In this document: in pieces, positions 24,075-38,479 of the stretch
How the letters are laid out: every line of letters begins with the position of its first letter
Numbering within the stretch: the stretch's first letter is position 1
Source of the DNA: Octopus sinensis
Taxonomy: Eukaryota
DNA: 64,000 bases
Direction of reading: 5' to 3'
NCBI RefSeq assembly: GCF_006345805.1
Contig: NC_043002.1
Coordinates: 29,698,001-29,762,000 of the forward strand
Notes under the pieces: generated by a model
What the model saw: the letters and a program-made list of their open reading frames with translations, nothing else
Databases searched by the model: none
Told to the model about the DNA's origin: nothing
Made by a program: the position numbers and the translations under genes

Positions 24075-24345
24075 CATATGTAACACAAATTACCATAAAC
24101 ACAAGTTTCTTATATTTGTTCCATTTGTTCTTATTGTAGTTGTTTGCAACTCTGCTCTCTACGTGTGCGTGTTTGTATGTATGTGTGTATGTGTGTGCCC
24201 GTTTGTATATGTGTGTCTGTGTGTGAGCGTGCTTGAAGTGTATGTGTGTGCGTGTGCGTGATCATCTGCTTATTTCCTCTATCCATTCATCTATCTATTT
24301 ATCTAAACATGCACATACACATACGGAAAAAAACTTGGCGAGAGA

Positions 24346-24385
<40 letters not shown>

Positions 24386-25069
24386 GAGAATGAGAGAGTG
24401 AATGAGAGAGGGGGGATCTAGAAAGAGAAAGAGAGAGAGAGCGCGGACAGTTCGAAATGAATTAGGGACGTTCGAATTGTGAACGAGGTGATGAATGCTT
24501 AATTAGGGAGAAGAAAGAGAAAGAAAATAAATATACTAATACAGATAATTAGGTAGGTAAGTTTATAGGTAAATACGTTGGTAAGTAATTGTGTCTAGTT
24601 AGGTGACTAGGTAGATATGAAATAGAGGGACAAACGGACAAACATTTAGGAAGCGATCAACGGTTTCATCTGCCAGAATATTGAGTAGTCCCTGGAGAAC
24701 CATGCCACAACTGAAGCTGCCAAACCTTGTACTGAATACAACAGCTGTGTTGTTCCAAAGTCATAACAGGTGGCGTTCTGTGTCGTTAGCGCTACGTGGG
24801 GGAGCTGTCAATTTTTTATGCATTCCTTCGTGTTTACGAGTACGTGTATGTCTATCGGTGAATTCAGATATGTGTATATATATGTATGTAAATGTATGTA
24901 AATGAATGTGATTTGGGGGGTGTAACAGGGTTTATGTGTTGATCCGAAAGTAAATCATTCAAACACTGCTATACTAAGATTTTCGTTCCGTACATGGACA
25001 CTGTAATCGATATTACTATGAAATGAAGATAGTTCTTTTACTCATGGCTATTAATTTTCCCTTCTTGCC

Positions 25070-25104
<35 letters not shown>

Positions 25105-25248
25105 ATATTATATATATTTAGGGTTTGGACTGTTTCTTATAGCGTGTAAAAATTACCTGTTAAAGGTAGTTTTTCTCTTGTGTTGCAATGTACACTATTT
25201 TATATTGAGTATGTATATATATACGCATATATAATATATATAATATAT

Positions 25249-25280
<32 letters not shown>

Positions 25281-25418
25281 ATATTTCTATGTATGTATAT
25301 ATTATATGTTTGTGTATGTGTATGCATGTATGTATAGACACATATATGTATTTATATATGAATATATATGGGTATGTGCATATATATATATATATGTATA
25401 TATATAATACACACACAC

Positions 25419-25458
<40 letters not shown>

Positions 25459-26157
25459 TTATATATTATATATGAAGAGAGAGAGAGTGATAGATAGATA
25501 GAGAAAGAGAAAGGGAGAGAGAGAGTTTGAACAGCAGTAACTCGTCCCAAGATAAAATTCATAAAAAGCTAGAGATAATTTACTTGTCCCACTTCAATTC
25601 TGAATTTAAATCGCTCTCAAATTGCCTTAGCGTTGCATCTTTTCTAGGTTAATAAATATATATATTGGGCTCCAGTAAAAGTATTAAAGGATACATTAAT
25701 AATGATGTATTACATTTAGAAACGAGAATATAAATTCAATGTAGTAAGAATGTTGATACACTTTAGCTCCTAGTAATACAATATGAACTAAAAAGCGAAA
25801 AATCCAATGTCAACGTATATTTGTCTTGTATCAAAATGAGAGTTTTGCTCCAAAATGAAATACAAAGTGATTATTATTCATAGATTAGTACTGTGCAAAT
25901 TGTGACGTTTTATTCTGTGACGTAATTTCAGAATAGAAATTTCATTTAGATTTGCTGTCATCTTTGAAGTTTATTTATGATGTATTATCTGTCTAGCTTT
26001 GAGTTATTTTTCTCGCAAAAACTGTTGGAACAGAGCAAATGGTGATGAGCAAAATATAATTCGAAATCTCATCAGGTTTCCTACATGCACCACGCCGCCG
26101 AAAGCTTAGGGCATAGTTTAACGTTTTATTACACACACACACATATACTCTTTTCTC

Positions 26158-26547
26158 TTTACTCTGTTACTTGTTTCAGTCATTTGACTGTGGCCATGCT
26201 GGAACACCGCCTTCAGTCGAGAAAATCCACCCGAGGTCTTATTCTTTGTAAGCCTATTTTATCCCTCTCTTATGACCAACCGCTAATTTACGGGAATGTA
26301 AACACACCAGAATCGGTTGTCAAGCGATGCTGGGTGGGGGACAGATACAGACACACAAACACACACATATATATATACATATATACGATGGGCTTCTTTC
26401 AGTTTCCGTCTACCAAATCCACTCACAAGGCTTTGGTCGGCCTGAGACTATAGCAGAAGACACTTGCCCAAGATGCCACACAGTGGGACCGAACCCGGAA
26501 CCATGTGGTTCATAATCAAGTTACTTACCACACAGCCACTCCTACGC
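26158..26547 (-). mobile_element. tRNA-derived SINE, family A, full length
   Basis: Reverse complement of the 34238-34622 pattern, with internal (CA)n(TA)n. Confidence 0.9.
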
Positions 26548-26578
<31 letters not shown>

Positions 26579-27249
26579 TCTATATATATATATATATATA
26601 TAATATATATATATTCAAATATATTTATATATTATATATACATACATAATATGTATGTGTGTGATGACCGTGCGAAAGGCACATAGAAGTTAAGGAAGAG
26701 ACTCAATTACATACATGAAAAATAGCCGACAGCTCGGAAAGACGGCACACAACATTGTTAGGGATTGCAGCACCGAGCACTGCACCAGGAAGTCGGCAAT
26801 ACACATCAAGAAAAATACCCCCAGAGGGACTGAGGAGTGACAGGAGTTTAATCAGCTTAAGAGTATGAAATGTAGGGACAATAACTTGGATAAGAACTTT
26901 TGGTATGTGGGACTGGATTCAGCAAGACGGGAGAGTGAAAATAAAAGAAGATGCAACGGTTGTGATGAGAGTATTTATGAGTGAATGTAGAGTGAAGATG
27001 CATCAAAGCAAATGGAAATGGAAGGAGCAACAGCAGGAATTTAAAAAATCTGACACTACTCCGAGACATTATTTGAGAGTATCAGCAGTACTTCACAAAT
27101 TGATGAAGCGCTGGATCAGGAGGCAGACGACCTATTATTACTCATAGGTGTTCATGACGGCACGAGGTTTATGACATCATCAGTCAAAGGAGCACAGCGG
27201 ACATTAATCTCATTGGAAAAGATTGACACGTTGAAGTACGATCCAGTAA

Positions 27250-28330
27250 AAACTCGGAGCCCGAATATCTTTAAAGGAAATTATATCTTCTGCATTCAGG
27301 ACTCTGGATTTCCGACAAAAGGAGTCCCTTAACTTGAGAAAAATTCTGATTATATCTTTAGGATATTAACAATGTTGGAGACACCAAAATCCAATTCCAC
27401 AACAGGCTAATGACATTTGATAAAAGTCAGCTTCTTGAAATGTATGTTTCCAGTGTGGGATCAGGTACTCAAGCAGCCACTGGCCTGGGAGAAACTCTGG
27501 ATCACTGACAGGGAAGATTGTCGTTCCTGTATGATGTCGCCAACCTCTTGCCAACCCGATATAACTTTAAAATATGGGACAAAGAAACAGAACCATACTG
27601 CAATAATGTGAAGCAAGTCTTTGCTCCATGAATCATATTGTGATTCAGGGACTGGAAGCAGGCCGAGACGAGTGGAGAAATGACAAGGTTCATGAGCAAG
27701 TTGCTAGGTAGACTGATCTCCAAAAGATGAGGGCTAATAAACACCAGTCACTACCACCAAACGGTATCAGATTCTTAAAAGAAGGCAACAAAGCTCCTTG
27801 GGCGAAAGCATTTATAGGGTACCGTCTTGTATTTTGTATTCAGCCTCAGACTTGGTGATGAAAGTTGATTGTCTTCCCAAGGGGTGGGGTGGATAATGTT
27901 ACCATCAGTCTGACTAGACACATTACTGCTTCCCTGGAATATAAAAGCAATCATCGTTGTCGAACTCAGAGTGTCCTGGGAGGAAAGACTCGATAACTCC
28001 CCCCAGGTAAAAAAATGAAATATCAGAACTTACTTGACAGCGACCTTGCCAAGTGATGGCATTCGGCCTCAATTACCATTGAAGTCGGCTGCTGAGCTTT
28101 TTCAGCTGCATCACTGCTCTATTTCCTGCAAAAGATAGGTATTGAAACCAAACAACTGAAGCGACACCCAATAGCGCTTGGCTCGGCAACTTAAACAAAC
28201 ACACGGTTGCTATTATTGATAATAGGTCACAAGTAGAACACTTCCGTAGGTGAAGATTAAATCAGTTCTCCCTGCCCCGGTTACGTGGTAAGAAGCTTGT
28301 GACCCTGAAATACCTGCTGATGATACGGAA
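27250..28330 (+). pseudogene. Decayed R2-superfamily (HERO-like) LINE, C-terminal zinc knuckle and restriction-like endonuclease region
   Basis: VWDQVLKQPLAWEKLW...YDVANLLPTRYNFKIWD..EPYC...; IVVELRVSWEERLD...KMKYQNLL...W...ITIEVGC, matching the REL motif ELTVPWEE..K..KY..GW..EVGCRG. Confidence 0.7.
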
Positions 28331-28931
28331 GAGTTTTCAGCATTGCAATGGATTTAGATAAGTTTTCAAAACCTCTGAGTTGTTCCTAGGCTTTTTGCAT
28401 GGCGCAAAACATATCTGATGTTTCTTATACTTATTTCACCAATCGGAGACGTGTGTGTGAGTGTGTGTGTGAGTGAGAGAGAGAAAGAAACTGCTGTCAC
28501 TGTAGCTACTCGGCTACTAAAAACATACTCTCTGTATTGACTTTCACTTGTTAAGTTTGTAAAATCAAGCTCAGATATAGGAAAAATTAAAACGAAGTAG
28601 AAGTACCTAGTTTTACATCTATGGTTTAACTGTTATACTGTAACAATCATTATCCCCCCTTGACATTTCTAAGTTTATATTGTGGTGTGGTTGGTTTATG
28701 CAGTCCCTTCATATACAAGACACATATACATGCAAACACATGCACATATTGTAAAGAATAAAGTAGGCAGTGTGAAAAAAGAAACTAATTTCGTTCATGT
28801 TTACACAAGTTGAAAAACAAATCATGACAAGATTAAATTATTTTATATGTATTTAAAGCTTTTATTATAAATATACATACGTGCTTCGACTAGTCAATTC
28901 TCTTCAGTCAGCTATTGACATATTTAAAGGG

Positions 28932-28998
<67 letters not shown>

Positions 28999-29096
28999 AT
29001 ATATATATACATATATATATATACATATATATATATACATATATATATATACATATGTGTGTGCGTCTATATATATATGTATATATATATATATAT

Positions 29097-29772
29097 AGAA
29101 CCTTTAGAACAAGAGAACAAGAAACCATGATGGTCCTCTGGAAGACACTTGTCCTAAGCCACTTTGACTATTGCTCTCAGCTATGGTCACCATCCAGTGT
29201 CAAGTTGATCACAGAACTTGAGGCGATCCAACGAAGCTACACAAAGAAGATAGCCTCTATGCAGAATGTAAGCTACTGGGAAAGACTCAAGAGATTAAAA
29301 TTATACTCCCTGGAGCGTAGGCGGGAAAGATATGCCATAATATACATCTGGAAGATCCTGGAGGGAAGTGTCCTGAACTTTGGCATCGAGAGTTACACAA
29401 ATGCCAGAACTGGGCGCCACTGCGTGGTGCCTAGGACTCCAAACCTGCCATCAAGATGTAGGACAAGATTCTGTGATAGCCTGGGCTTCCGAGGCCCACA
29501 GCTCTTCAATATCCCCCCGAAGAACCTGAGAGACCTGCATGGGGGGATACAGATGTCTTTAAAATGAAGCTGGATCTCTTCCTGTCAGGTGTCCCAGATG
29601 AACCAACTTCACGGCAGGAGGGGCAGATGAGGGCAGCTGCATCGAACTCTCTCATGCACCAAATAGCAGTTGCTAGAAAGCCTCCATGAAGTAAAACCAA
29701 GTAGCAACACCCAAATGGCGGTCCCCAGCATGGCCAGCTCATAGGCTGGAACTGGAATCAATCAATCAATCA

Positions 29773-29776
<4 letters not shown>
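29097..29776 (+). mobile_element. 5'-truncated CR1-group LINE 3' end with (AATC)n tail, inserted in (TA)n
   Basis: [32 protein letters not shown]...[12 protein letters not shown]...[32 protein letters not shown], with one frameshift near 29550. The 3' UTR ends ggaatcaatcaatcaatc. Confidence 0.9.
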
Positions 29777-29815
<39 letters not shown>

Positions 29816-30846
29816 TATTATATATATAATATATATATATATTATATACATACACACACACACACACCACACATATATATATATATACATGTATATAAGA
29901 AGAAATGGAATCAGATGAAATGAATTTCGCTTGCCAAAAATATAGGGCAGATCCGGTTCTTAATCTTTGTAGTGTAAGATTTTGGTTTGCCTTTTTTTGC
30001 CTTCAGTACATCTTTATCTGTGAAGACTTCTATCTTATCTTGAAATTATTGATTCCGCCTTCATCTTTGTAGCGACTGTTTATGGTAAAAGTTGCTTCGA
30101 GCATCTTGCGCGAAAACATCTTATTTAGCTCGAGGCAGAACCCTCACTTTTTGTTGTCAATGCGCTATACCCAAATTCATTGTCTTTGCGTAAAGAAAGA
30201 AGTGGGTGATTTAAAATTATTATTCTCTTTATACAGGCTTAAAAATAAATATTGACAAGCTAAAAGTTCTTCTGTATCTATTTAAAGACCTATTTTATTA
30301 TTCAGCACACGCATTTCTACTCTGAGTGCAGTTTCCTCATTTAAGGAAAATTATATTCGTATCATATCTGATTTTTGTAGCTGCATATAATTTTGATTTA
30401 AATGACATTAGTTTTAAATGAGAAGCGTTAATACCAATAAAAATATCCATTGAATATAAACCCATCAATAGTTACAAGGGAGAGATTTAAAGAGTAGAAA
30501 GGTCTAAGCTTTGTATATGCTCTTCAAGCATATACAATGTAGATTAGGCTTGTCCTTCTTGATTTTACAACACACACATTGAAACGCACACGCACGCGCA
30601 CACACTTCTGTACTTATATATATAATCATACGCATGTATACCACACACACACACACACACACACACATGCGTGTGCGTGCGTGTGTGTGTGTGTGTGTGT
30701 GTTTATATGTGCATGTAATTGTGCGTATATAAATTATTTCTCTAATTACAAAGAATGAGCGAATCCGGGCATACCAAGATGATCACGAAGAAATTTCGTC
30801 CTTGATCTCATTCAGGTTTTTACACCTAAGAAGTCTCTACATCAGT

Positions 30847-30904
<58 letters not shown>

Positions 30905-31129
30905 TTCTTTCTTTCTTTCTTTCTTTCTCTTTCTCTTTGGAATAGCAGAGTAGAAAGAAATAGGGATTAAGTAACATAGATGAAGTGAGATTCAGAGAGA
31001 TGGGGGACGGATTTAAAGAGAAACTGAATAAGGAAGGAGTTTGCTGACATGCACACCTATCTTGGAATTCGTCTTTTTCTTTTAAAACTAAATCTACAAC
31101 TCCTGCCCATATACATGTGTTTCTATACA

Positions 31130-31320
31130 TTGGTTTCAAATTTTGGCTTAAGACCATCAATTTCGGGGAAGGGCTTAAGTCAATTACATTGATCCTAATG
31201 CTCAACTGGTAAGTAGGAAAGGGAAAGTCGACCTTGATGGAATTTAAACCCAGAACTTAAAAGACGGACGAAATGCCGCTAAGCATTTTGCACTGCGTGC
31301 TAACGATCATACCATCTTCC
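31130..31320 (-). mobile_element. tRNA-derived SINE, family B
   Basis: aaagtcgaccttgatggaatttaaacccagaac...gacggacgaaatgccgctaagcattttgc...gctaacgat. Confidence 0.8.
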
Positions 31321-32434
31321 CCTGTGTGTTTTTCTCTATATTGCTAATGCTACTCCATTTCCACCTCCTGCCGTTTTCTGTCACCAATGTTGCAGGAGTG
31401 TTGGGTGTGATTTGCACAAGATTTAGCATTTTTTTCCCAAAATAAATGACATTCAAAATTTCGCAAAATGAGTGGAGGAAATATCACGGTTATTTTGAAA
31501 ATTTAAAGATAGAATTGTACATTTCTTTGAAGCTTTTTATTCTTGAAATGGCATAAAAGTCTATATGGATATTATTGCCTGAGCACTCTCAAGAACTGTG
31601 TGAAATCTATATTGTTCTGTCTTCTATTTTCAGTATTTTTATCTGTTACTTCATAATTTACATCAAGAAGTGAGCAATCTGAACTATAGAATAAAATCAA
31701 AGAATATAGAATATTATTCTGCTACTGTATGTTGGCAAAGTTTTAATAATCTCAGTGCGGTTATTAGGAAAATAAATAAATAAATAAAATCATACATAAA
31801 TATCTATAAAATTATTGGGAGTTTTAAGAGAATCATGAAATATATAATTTATATAAGAATTGTAAAAGCAGCTTGTACAGTCTTTGAATGCTGCAAAGAA
31901 AACTACGGTGTTACACACGTGCGATCATTTCTACGTTGCAAAATATTTTGGGCCATTTTGAACTTTATCTATCTGTAGACAACTTAGTAGAAGTGATTGC
32001 AACTAATCATTGTAGAGTTAAGTACCATCATTTTTTAAATCAGGATTTCTGATTTCACCCAAGAATTCACAAAGTATTCGCACTGGAAAATAAATTTGTT
32101 ATGTTAAGATGTCTGATGACTGAATGATATTTTTCTTCGGATCCACTAAAGATATGCTTCTTACATGAAACTGGTGGTAATCTTCTAATAAATAATATTT
32201 AGGTTATACCGATGAGGAAAGATTTTATTCTTCATTTAAATATCAAAACTTATCGAGAAATATAACATGGAACAAATAGGAACAAGAAAGAAACTAAGAA
32301 ATAGGCTGATACGTTTGTTTTTTTCTGTTCATAGGGAGATAAACAAAATGTTGTATCCATTTTCCATCATTCCCTGAACGAAAGAGGTACATCTAAGATT
32401 TCTCCTTTCACCCCGTCCATTCTCTCTTTTTCTT

Positions 32435-32469
<35 letters not shown>

Positions 32470-32531
32470 GTATATATCTATATATATATTAATTTATCTT
32501 TATCATTTAATTCTTTCTATCAATAGAGTGA

Positions 32532-32958
32532 GGCCATGCTGGGGCACCGCCTTGAAGAATTCCTAGTCGAATATATTAGCCTTAGTAATTATTCGTTAAA
32601 CGCCTGGTACTTATTCTGTTTGTCTATTGGTCACTTTTGTCGAAGTTGAGAGGACGTAAAAACACTAGCACCGTTTGTCGATCGGCGCTGGCGAGGGGTG
32701 GGGCAAACTCAGACACCAAGATACACATACACGTACGCGCAGACGCACATACACACATACACGTACGCACACACACAGAGAAACAAACACATACACAAGA
32801 CACACACACACACACATATACAACGGGGTTCTTTGAGTTCCCGTCTAGCAAATTTATTGTTAAGTTTCGATCAAACCGATGGTCCAAGGTGCCAAGCAAT
32901 GGGTCTGTACCCCGACCTATGTGGTTGGGAAGCAAGCTCCTTATCACGCTGCCACGCC
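32532..32958 (-). mobile_element. tRNA-derived SINE, family A (decayed)
   Basis: Tail ggccatgctggggcaccgcc, internal (CA)n, head aacctatgtggttgggaagcaagct..ctgccacgcc. Confidence 0.75.
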
Positions 32959-33039
32959 TTCGTCTATACATATGCATACACACACACACACACACACACA
33001 TACACACACATATATATATATATATATATATGAGTTTGT

Positions 33040-33232
33040 TTTTCTGTATTTGTTCCCTCACCATCACTTGAAAACCGATGTTGGCGTGTTTACGTCCCCG
33101 TAACTTAACGGTTCAGCAAAGAGACCGATAGTATAAGTACTAGGCTTACAGAGAATAAGTCGATTTTTCGACTAAAAGCGGTCTGCCAGAATGACCGCAG
33201 TCAAATGACTGAAACAAATAAAAGTATAAAAG
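33040..33232 (+). mobile_element. Family-A SINE 3' half
   Basis: aaccgatgttggcgtgtttacgtccccgtaacttaacggttcagcaaa...gaccgcagtcaaatgactgaaacaa. Confidence 0.8.
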
Positions 33233-33258
33233 AATATATATACATACACACACACACA

Positions 33259-33292
<34 letters not shown>

Positions 33293-33725
33293 ACACACAC
33301 ACACACACATATATATGTACAGATACATATACACTCACGCATTCGAAAAATGTGGTATTAAATACGGAAAGAAATAGCAAACATCTCCCATCAACGTAGA
33401 GAAATGAATGAATCCATTTACATTTGGTATTATTTATTTATTGGAATTAAATTCATCCTTCTCGCTATTACTGGAGTCTATCTTCAGTCTTTCATCTCTA
33501 AACGCTCTGCAACATATCATACATACTGACTGTTTACTTAAGGTTTGGTTAAACCTCACAGAGCAAAGGATACATTTATAAGTGGAATGATTCTAAGTGT
33601 TAAATTTGTGTCGTTCGTCTGAAGGAGGATTCCGAAATTGAACATAGGGAAACAAGATAATGGCAAATGTATGTGGGATTCAGGTTGACATTCACCCACA
33701 TAAACATTCTCACACACACACACAC

Positions 33726-33767
<42 letters not shown>

Positions 33768-33873
33768 CTAAACAAATATATAGCGTGGTAGATAGAAAAC
33801 CCATTTATGCATTTATACATATATACATGCATGCGTATACACTTATAGATATGTTTATCTATCTATCCCTCTT

Positions 33874-33913
<40 letters not shown>

Positions 33914-34237
33914 TATATTTAGATTTTATCTTTTACATGCTTCAGTCATTGGACTGCGACCATGCTGACTGACGCACCGTCTTGATGGATTTATTCTAAA
34001 AAATCGACTCCAGTACTTACGATTTAAGCCTTGTACATCGGTTTGATTATCCTTTGGCTAAAGCGGAAAACAAATGTTGAACATGCTGCGCAATGCGACT
34101 GAACCTAAAACCACATGACTGAGAAACATGCTTCTTAACCACGACACATACTCGCCTGCGACCATGCATACATACATAAACACACACATATATGTATGTA
34201 AATATGCATATGCATGTATTTGTATATATATATATAC

Positions 34238-34361
34238 AGGCGCAGGAGTGGCTGTGTGGTAAGTAGCTTACTTCTTGGCAAGTGTCTTCTGCTATAGCCC
34301 CGGGCCGACCAATGCCTTGTGAGTGGATTTGGTAGACGGAAACTGAAAGAAGCCTGTCGTA

Positions 34362-34410
<49 letters not shown>

Positions 34411-34622
34411 TTGTGTGTCTGTGTTTGTCCCCCTAGCATTGCTTGACAACCGATGCTGGTGTGTTTATGTCCCCGTCACTTAGCGGTTCGGCAAAAAGAG
34501 ACCGATAGAATAAGTACTGGGCTTACAAAGAATAAGTCCCGGGGCCGATTTGCTCGACTAAAGGCGGTGCTCCAGCATGGCCGCAGTCAAATGACAAGTA
34601 AAAGAGTAAAGAGTAAAAGAGT
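34238..34622 (+). mobile_element. tRNA-derived SINE, family A (head internally deleted)
   Basis: Starts ggcgcaggagtggctgtgtggtaagtagctt, has internal (TA)n(TG)n and ends in a (gtaaaaga)n tail. Confidence 0.9.
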
Positions 34623-34719
34623 AATATATATATATATAAATATATGGTCCTTGGTAGTATAGTGCTACGTTTCTCTGTCTGTTATGCTGGAGACCAGCAA
34701 ATTGAACTTCTTCCGTCGC

Positions 34720-35172
34720 AGGCATATCTGCGTGGCAAGAAGCTTGCTTCTCAACCACATGGTTCCGGATTCAGTCCCACTACGTGGTTTCTTGGGCAAG
34801 TTTCCTCTACTATAACCTCGCACCCAACCAAAGCCGTGTGAGTGCATTGGTAGACAAAATTGAAAGAAGCCCGTCTTAAACATGCATGCATGCATACATA
34901 TATACATACATACATGCATGCATACGTACATACATATATGCATACATATATATGTATATATATATGTATATATATGTGTGTATGTGTGTGTGTATGTGTT
35001 TGTCTCTCATCACCGCTTGAAAACCGGTTTTTGTGTGATTACGTCTCTGTAACGTAGTGGTTCGGCAAAAATGACCGATAGAAGTACTAGGCTTTAAAAA
35101 ATAATTCCTGGGTTCGATTTGCTCGACTAAATGTGGTGCTCCAGCATGGCCGCAGTCAAATTACTAAAAGAG
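34720..35172 (+). mobile_element. tRNA-derived SINE, family A
   Basis: gcgtggcaagaagcttgcttctcaaccacatggttccggattcagtcccactacg...ggtgctccagcatggccgcagtcaaa. Confidence 0.85.
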
Positions 35173-35190
35173 ATAACAGAAGAACAAGGA

Positions 35191-35235
<45 letters not shown>

Positions 35236-35265
35236 TGTGAGTATGAAATCCCTCATCTTACCACT

Positions 35266-35457
35266 GAAATGTAAATCTTCACTATGGATTAATTCACCTT
35301 TTCTGTGAAGCTAATAAGTCTTTAAAAACCTGTGATAGTCTGCTGCGCATCATCCTCCTCATATCTCTGGAAATTTAAATCTACACTATGGATTGATTCA
35401 TCTTCTCTCGAAACTAATAAGTTTTTTAAAAAATCTGTGATAAGACTGTGCATCATC
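35266..35457. repeat. Two-copy tandem repeat, period about 104 bp
   Basis: gaaat.taaatct.cactatggatt.attca.ctt.tct..gaa.ctaataagt.tt.aaaaa..tgtgata at 35266 and 35370. Confidence 0.8.
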
Positions 35458-35684
35458 ATTAAGGAACTTTGGAAAACTGTTTACAACCTATATCTGCCTC
35501 TAATGGAACTATCTCCAATATTTCATGAGTATAACCTCCCCACTAAGATGTCTAGAGAACTCAAATGTATTTTAGCTGATGAGTACGGGACACTTTTATC
35601 TGCTGCAATTTTTGCAACTTGTAATAAAGCCTGTCTTTGTATGAAACAATTGTACTAAAAAACCCATCCATTCTTGTTGCTTCT

Positions 35685-35748
<64 letters not shown>

Positions 35749-36107
35749 ATAGAGAGAGAGAGATAGCGAGGGGGAGAGAGCGGTGGATGGTAAGGAAAGA
35801 TATAAAGATGTGATACATATTATCAAACGAACAGCTATAAATATCACGTGACAAGAATGAAAGAACCGCCGTCTACTCAGGATCGTTATGGGCAGGATCT
35901 TGTTATGAACCAAAAAAAAAAGTAAGTTAGCCAGATTATATAGGTGTGAATATATAAGTGTGAATATAGAGAAAGGCAGAGCGGCAGAATTATGGTAACA
36001 CAAAGAAGAAAGACAGAAATTTGCGGAAAGGGGGAACTGAAAGATGGTCTTTATGAGGAGATTGTGAAATGGTGAGATGTAGAAGGGGAGAGAACTAGAA
36101 TAAGGTT

Positions 36108-36131
36108 TAGATAGATAGGTAGATAGATAGG

Positions 36132-36203
<72 letters not shown>

Positions 36204-36473
36204 GAGGAAAAGAGAGAGAAAGAGGAGAGAGAGTGTGTGTGTGGAAGAGACTGGGTATCAGTGTATGAGGCTGAATTACAAACATACCTAAATAGGATTG
36301 TTTTGTTATTCCAGATAAGTAGAGAATCTGGTTTGGTAGTGAAATTACAGGGCTATCAAATCGGTGATAGTTTGGCCACACACAATCTCTTAAAAACACG
36401 CCCACACTCACGCATACGTACATGCACACACATAACACAAAATATATATTATATATGTATATATATATATGTG

Positions 36474-36513
<40 letters not shown>

Positions 36514-36514
36514 G

Positions 36515-36545
<31 letters not shown>

Positions 36546-36549
36546 AATA

Positions 36550-36605
<56 letters not shown>

Positions 36606-36662
36606 CATACATACGTATATATATATATATATCTAATATATACATACATAGATACACCGACA

Positions 36663-36698
<36 letters not shown>

Positions 36699-36818
36699 CA
36701 TACATATATATATATAATCTAAATATATACATACATACATACACCGACATATTTATATATATATGGGTGTATATATATATGTATTTGATATATATATATA
36801 TATATATATCTATATATA

Positions 36819-36866
<48 letters not shown>

Positions 36867-36885
36867 ATATATATACGCATATGCG
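36108..36885. repeat. (TAGA)n tract and a very long interrupted (TA)n field
   Basis: Read directly. It generates the spurious 384-aa YIYIY ORF. Confidence 0.95.
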
Positions 36886-38479
36886 CATAAACATACAACT
36901 ACATGTGGAGGTGGGTGGATGTAAAGACTCAAATGAACATACTTTACGCACAATAATCACTTGAAAAATAGCCGACACATTTCCATATAGAAACACATCG
37001 TTTTATATGAAGTATGAATTGAATGCTAAAATATATAAGAATACACACATACAAATGCACGAACGCACACACACACACACACACACACATGCACACACAC
37101 ACATACGTATACACAGATATACACACACATACACACATATATACACAGGCATACACACACATATATTCAGACAGACTCACATACATACGCATACTCACAC
37201 ACCTGTCTGTAGCTATCGTTCAAATACAAACACATGAAAAAACAGCCTGTCTACAATGAAACTAATTAGTTGGTATGTAGTTATCCGGGTAGAAATTGGG
37301 TGGTGGTGTTTGGGGTTGACGTTTTAAGTCGTGTGAGGTGTATGAGAATGTGTCTATGCGTGTGTATACATATGTTCGTGCGAGTATTTGTACGTGTGTT
37401 TCTATTTTGGGCTTGCTGCTGTTGTAGTTGTGGTGTATGCTGGCTTAGTATCCTGGAGTGAGTTTATGTTTTGACGGGGTGGATGTGATTGTGATAAGGT
37501 GAGAATGGCTATAGGACATTTGTAGAGGGGAATTTAAGTGGAATTTCGGGCCATGTTGTAAGATTTTTATATTAAATCGAACATACATATAATCATTTAC
37601 ACCTATTTGTCTACAGCGAGAAATTTTGTGCATGACAAAATACACTGAATGGCTTTCTTACGTGTTCGAATATACCCCATGGTTATTAGAATTGGTAGTT
37701 AGTTTGTATATATGCGCATCACTGCTTAACCCTCTCACCCCGTATTTTATTTATGACGAGAATATGATAAGAGGGACCTGTCTCTCACGTGTCAGTTCGC
37801 AACGACTGCTGCAGAAGATATGGTATCCACTCCGAAATGCATGCATCTAACAGTGTGGTCAGAGAGCGCTGTGAACAACTTACTTAGTGTAGTTACACAT
37901 GTTCGTTAACAGTGAGAAATTCTCTCCATAACAAAATACAGTGAATGGCTTTCAAACGGGTTCGAAGCATATTTGAAATGGTAACAAGTTTGTATCTATA
38001 CACGCCGTTGTTTGGTTCTGTCATCTTATATTTAAAAAAAATAGACAGCATTATTGATCCATGATAGCCGATGTTACCAATCAGATTCGCACTGGGGATT
38101 CAACAGGTTTTTAGATAAGAGCTCTATAATATAAACCTACATTTTTCAGAGTTGGCAGTTTTGGAAGAAATTATGGCAACTGCTCTCTATTGCTTAAGAT
38201 GAAAAGTCATCCGGTTGTTGTGGTTGCTGTGAAAAAAGAAGAAACTAACTGCTTAAGTAAAGTGTTAAGCATTAAGCTAACAGTTGTGTCCTTTGGCACC
38301 AAACAAAGTGGGATGTCGCAAGACCGCAAACGTATCTACTGTTTAAGGGTTGTTATTCTTGTAGGAACGGAATGTATACAATCGTACTATATGTATAGCG
38401 TTTTTAGATGGAAGGTATTGGTAGACGGATGTGCAAAGAATACAGAAGTGCGTATGTGTTCATTTGTGTGTGTTTTGAT

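Noticed and set aside
35596-36750. 384-aa ORF and the many other YIYI/HTHT/CVCV/poly-I/poly-D ORFs in the track
   Set aside because: These are translations of (TA)n, (CA)n, (ATAC)n, (ATT)n and (GAT)n microsatellites, which lack stops in some frames.
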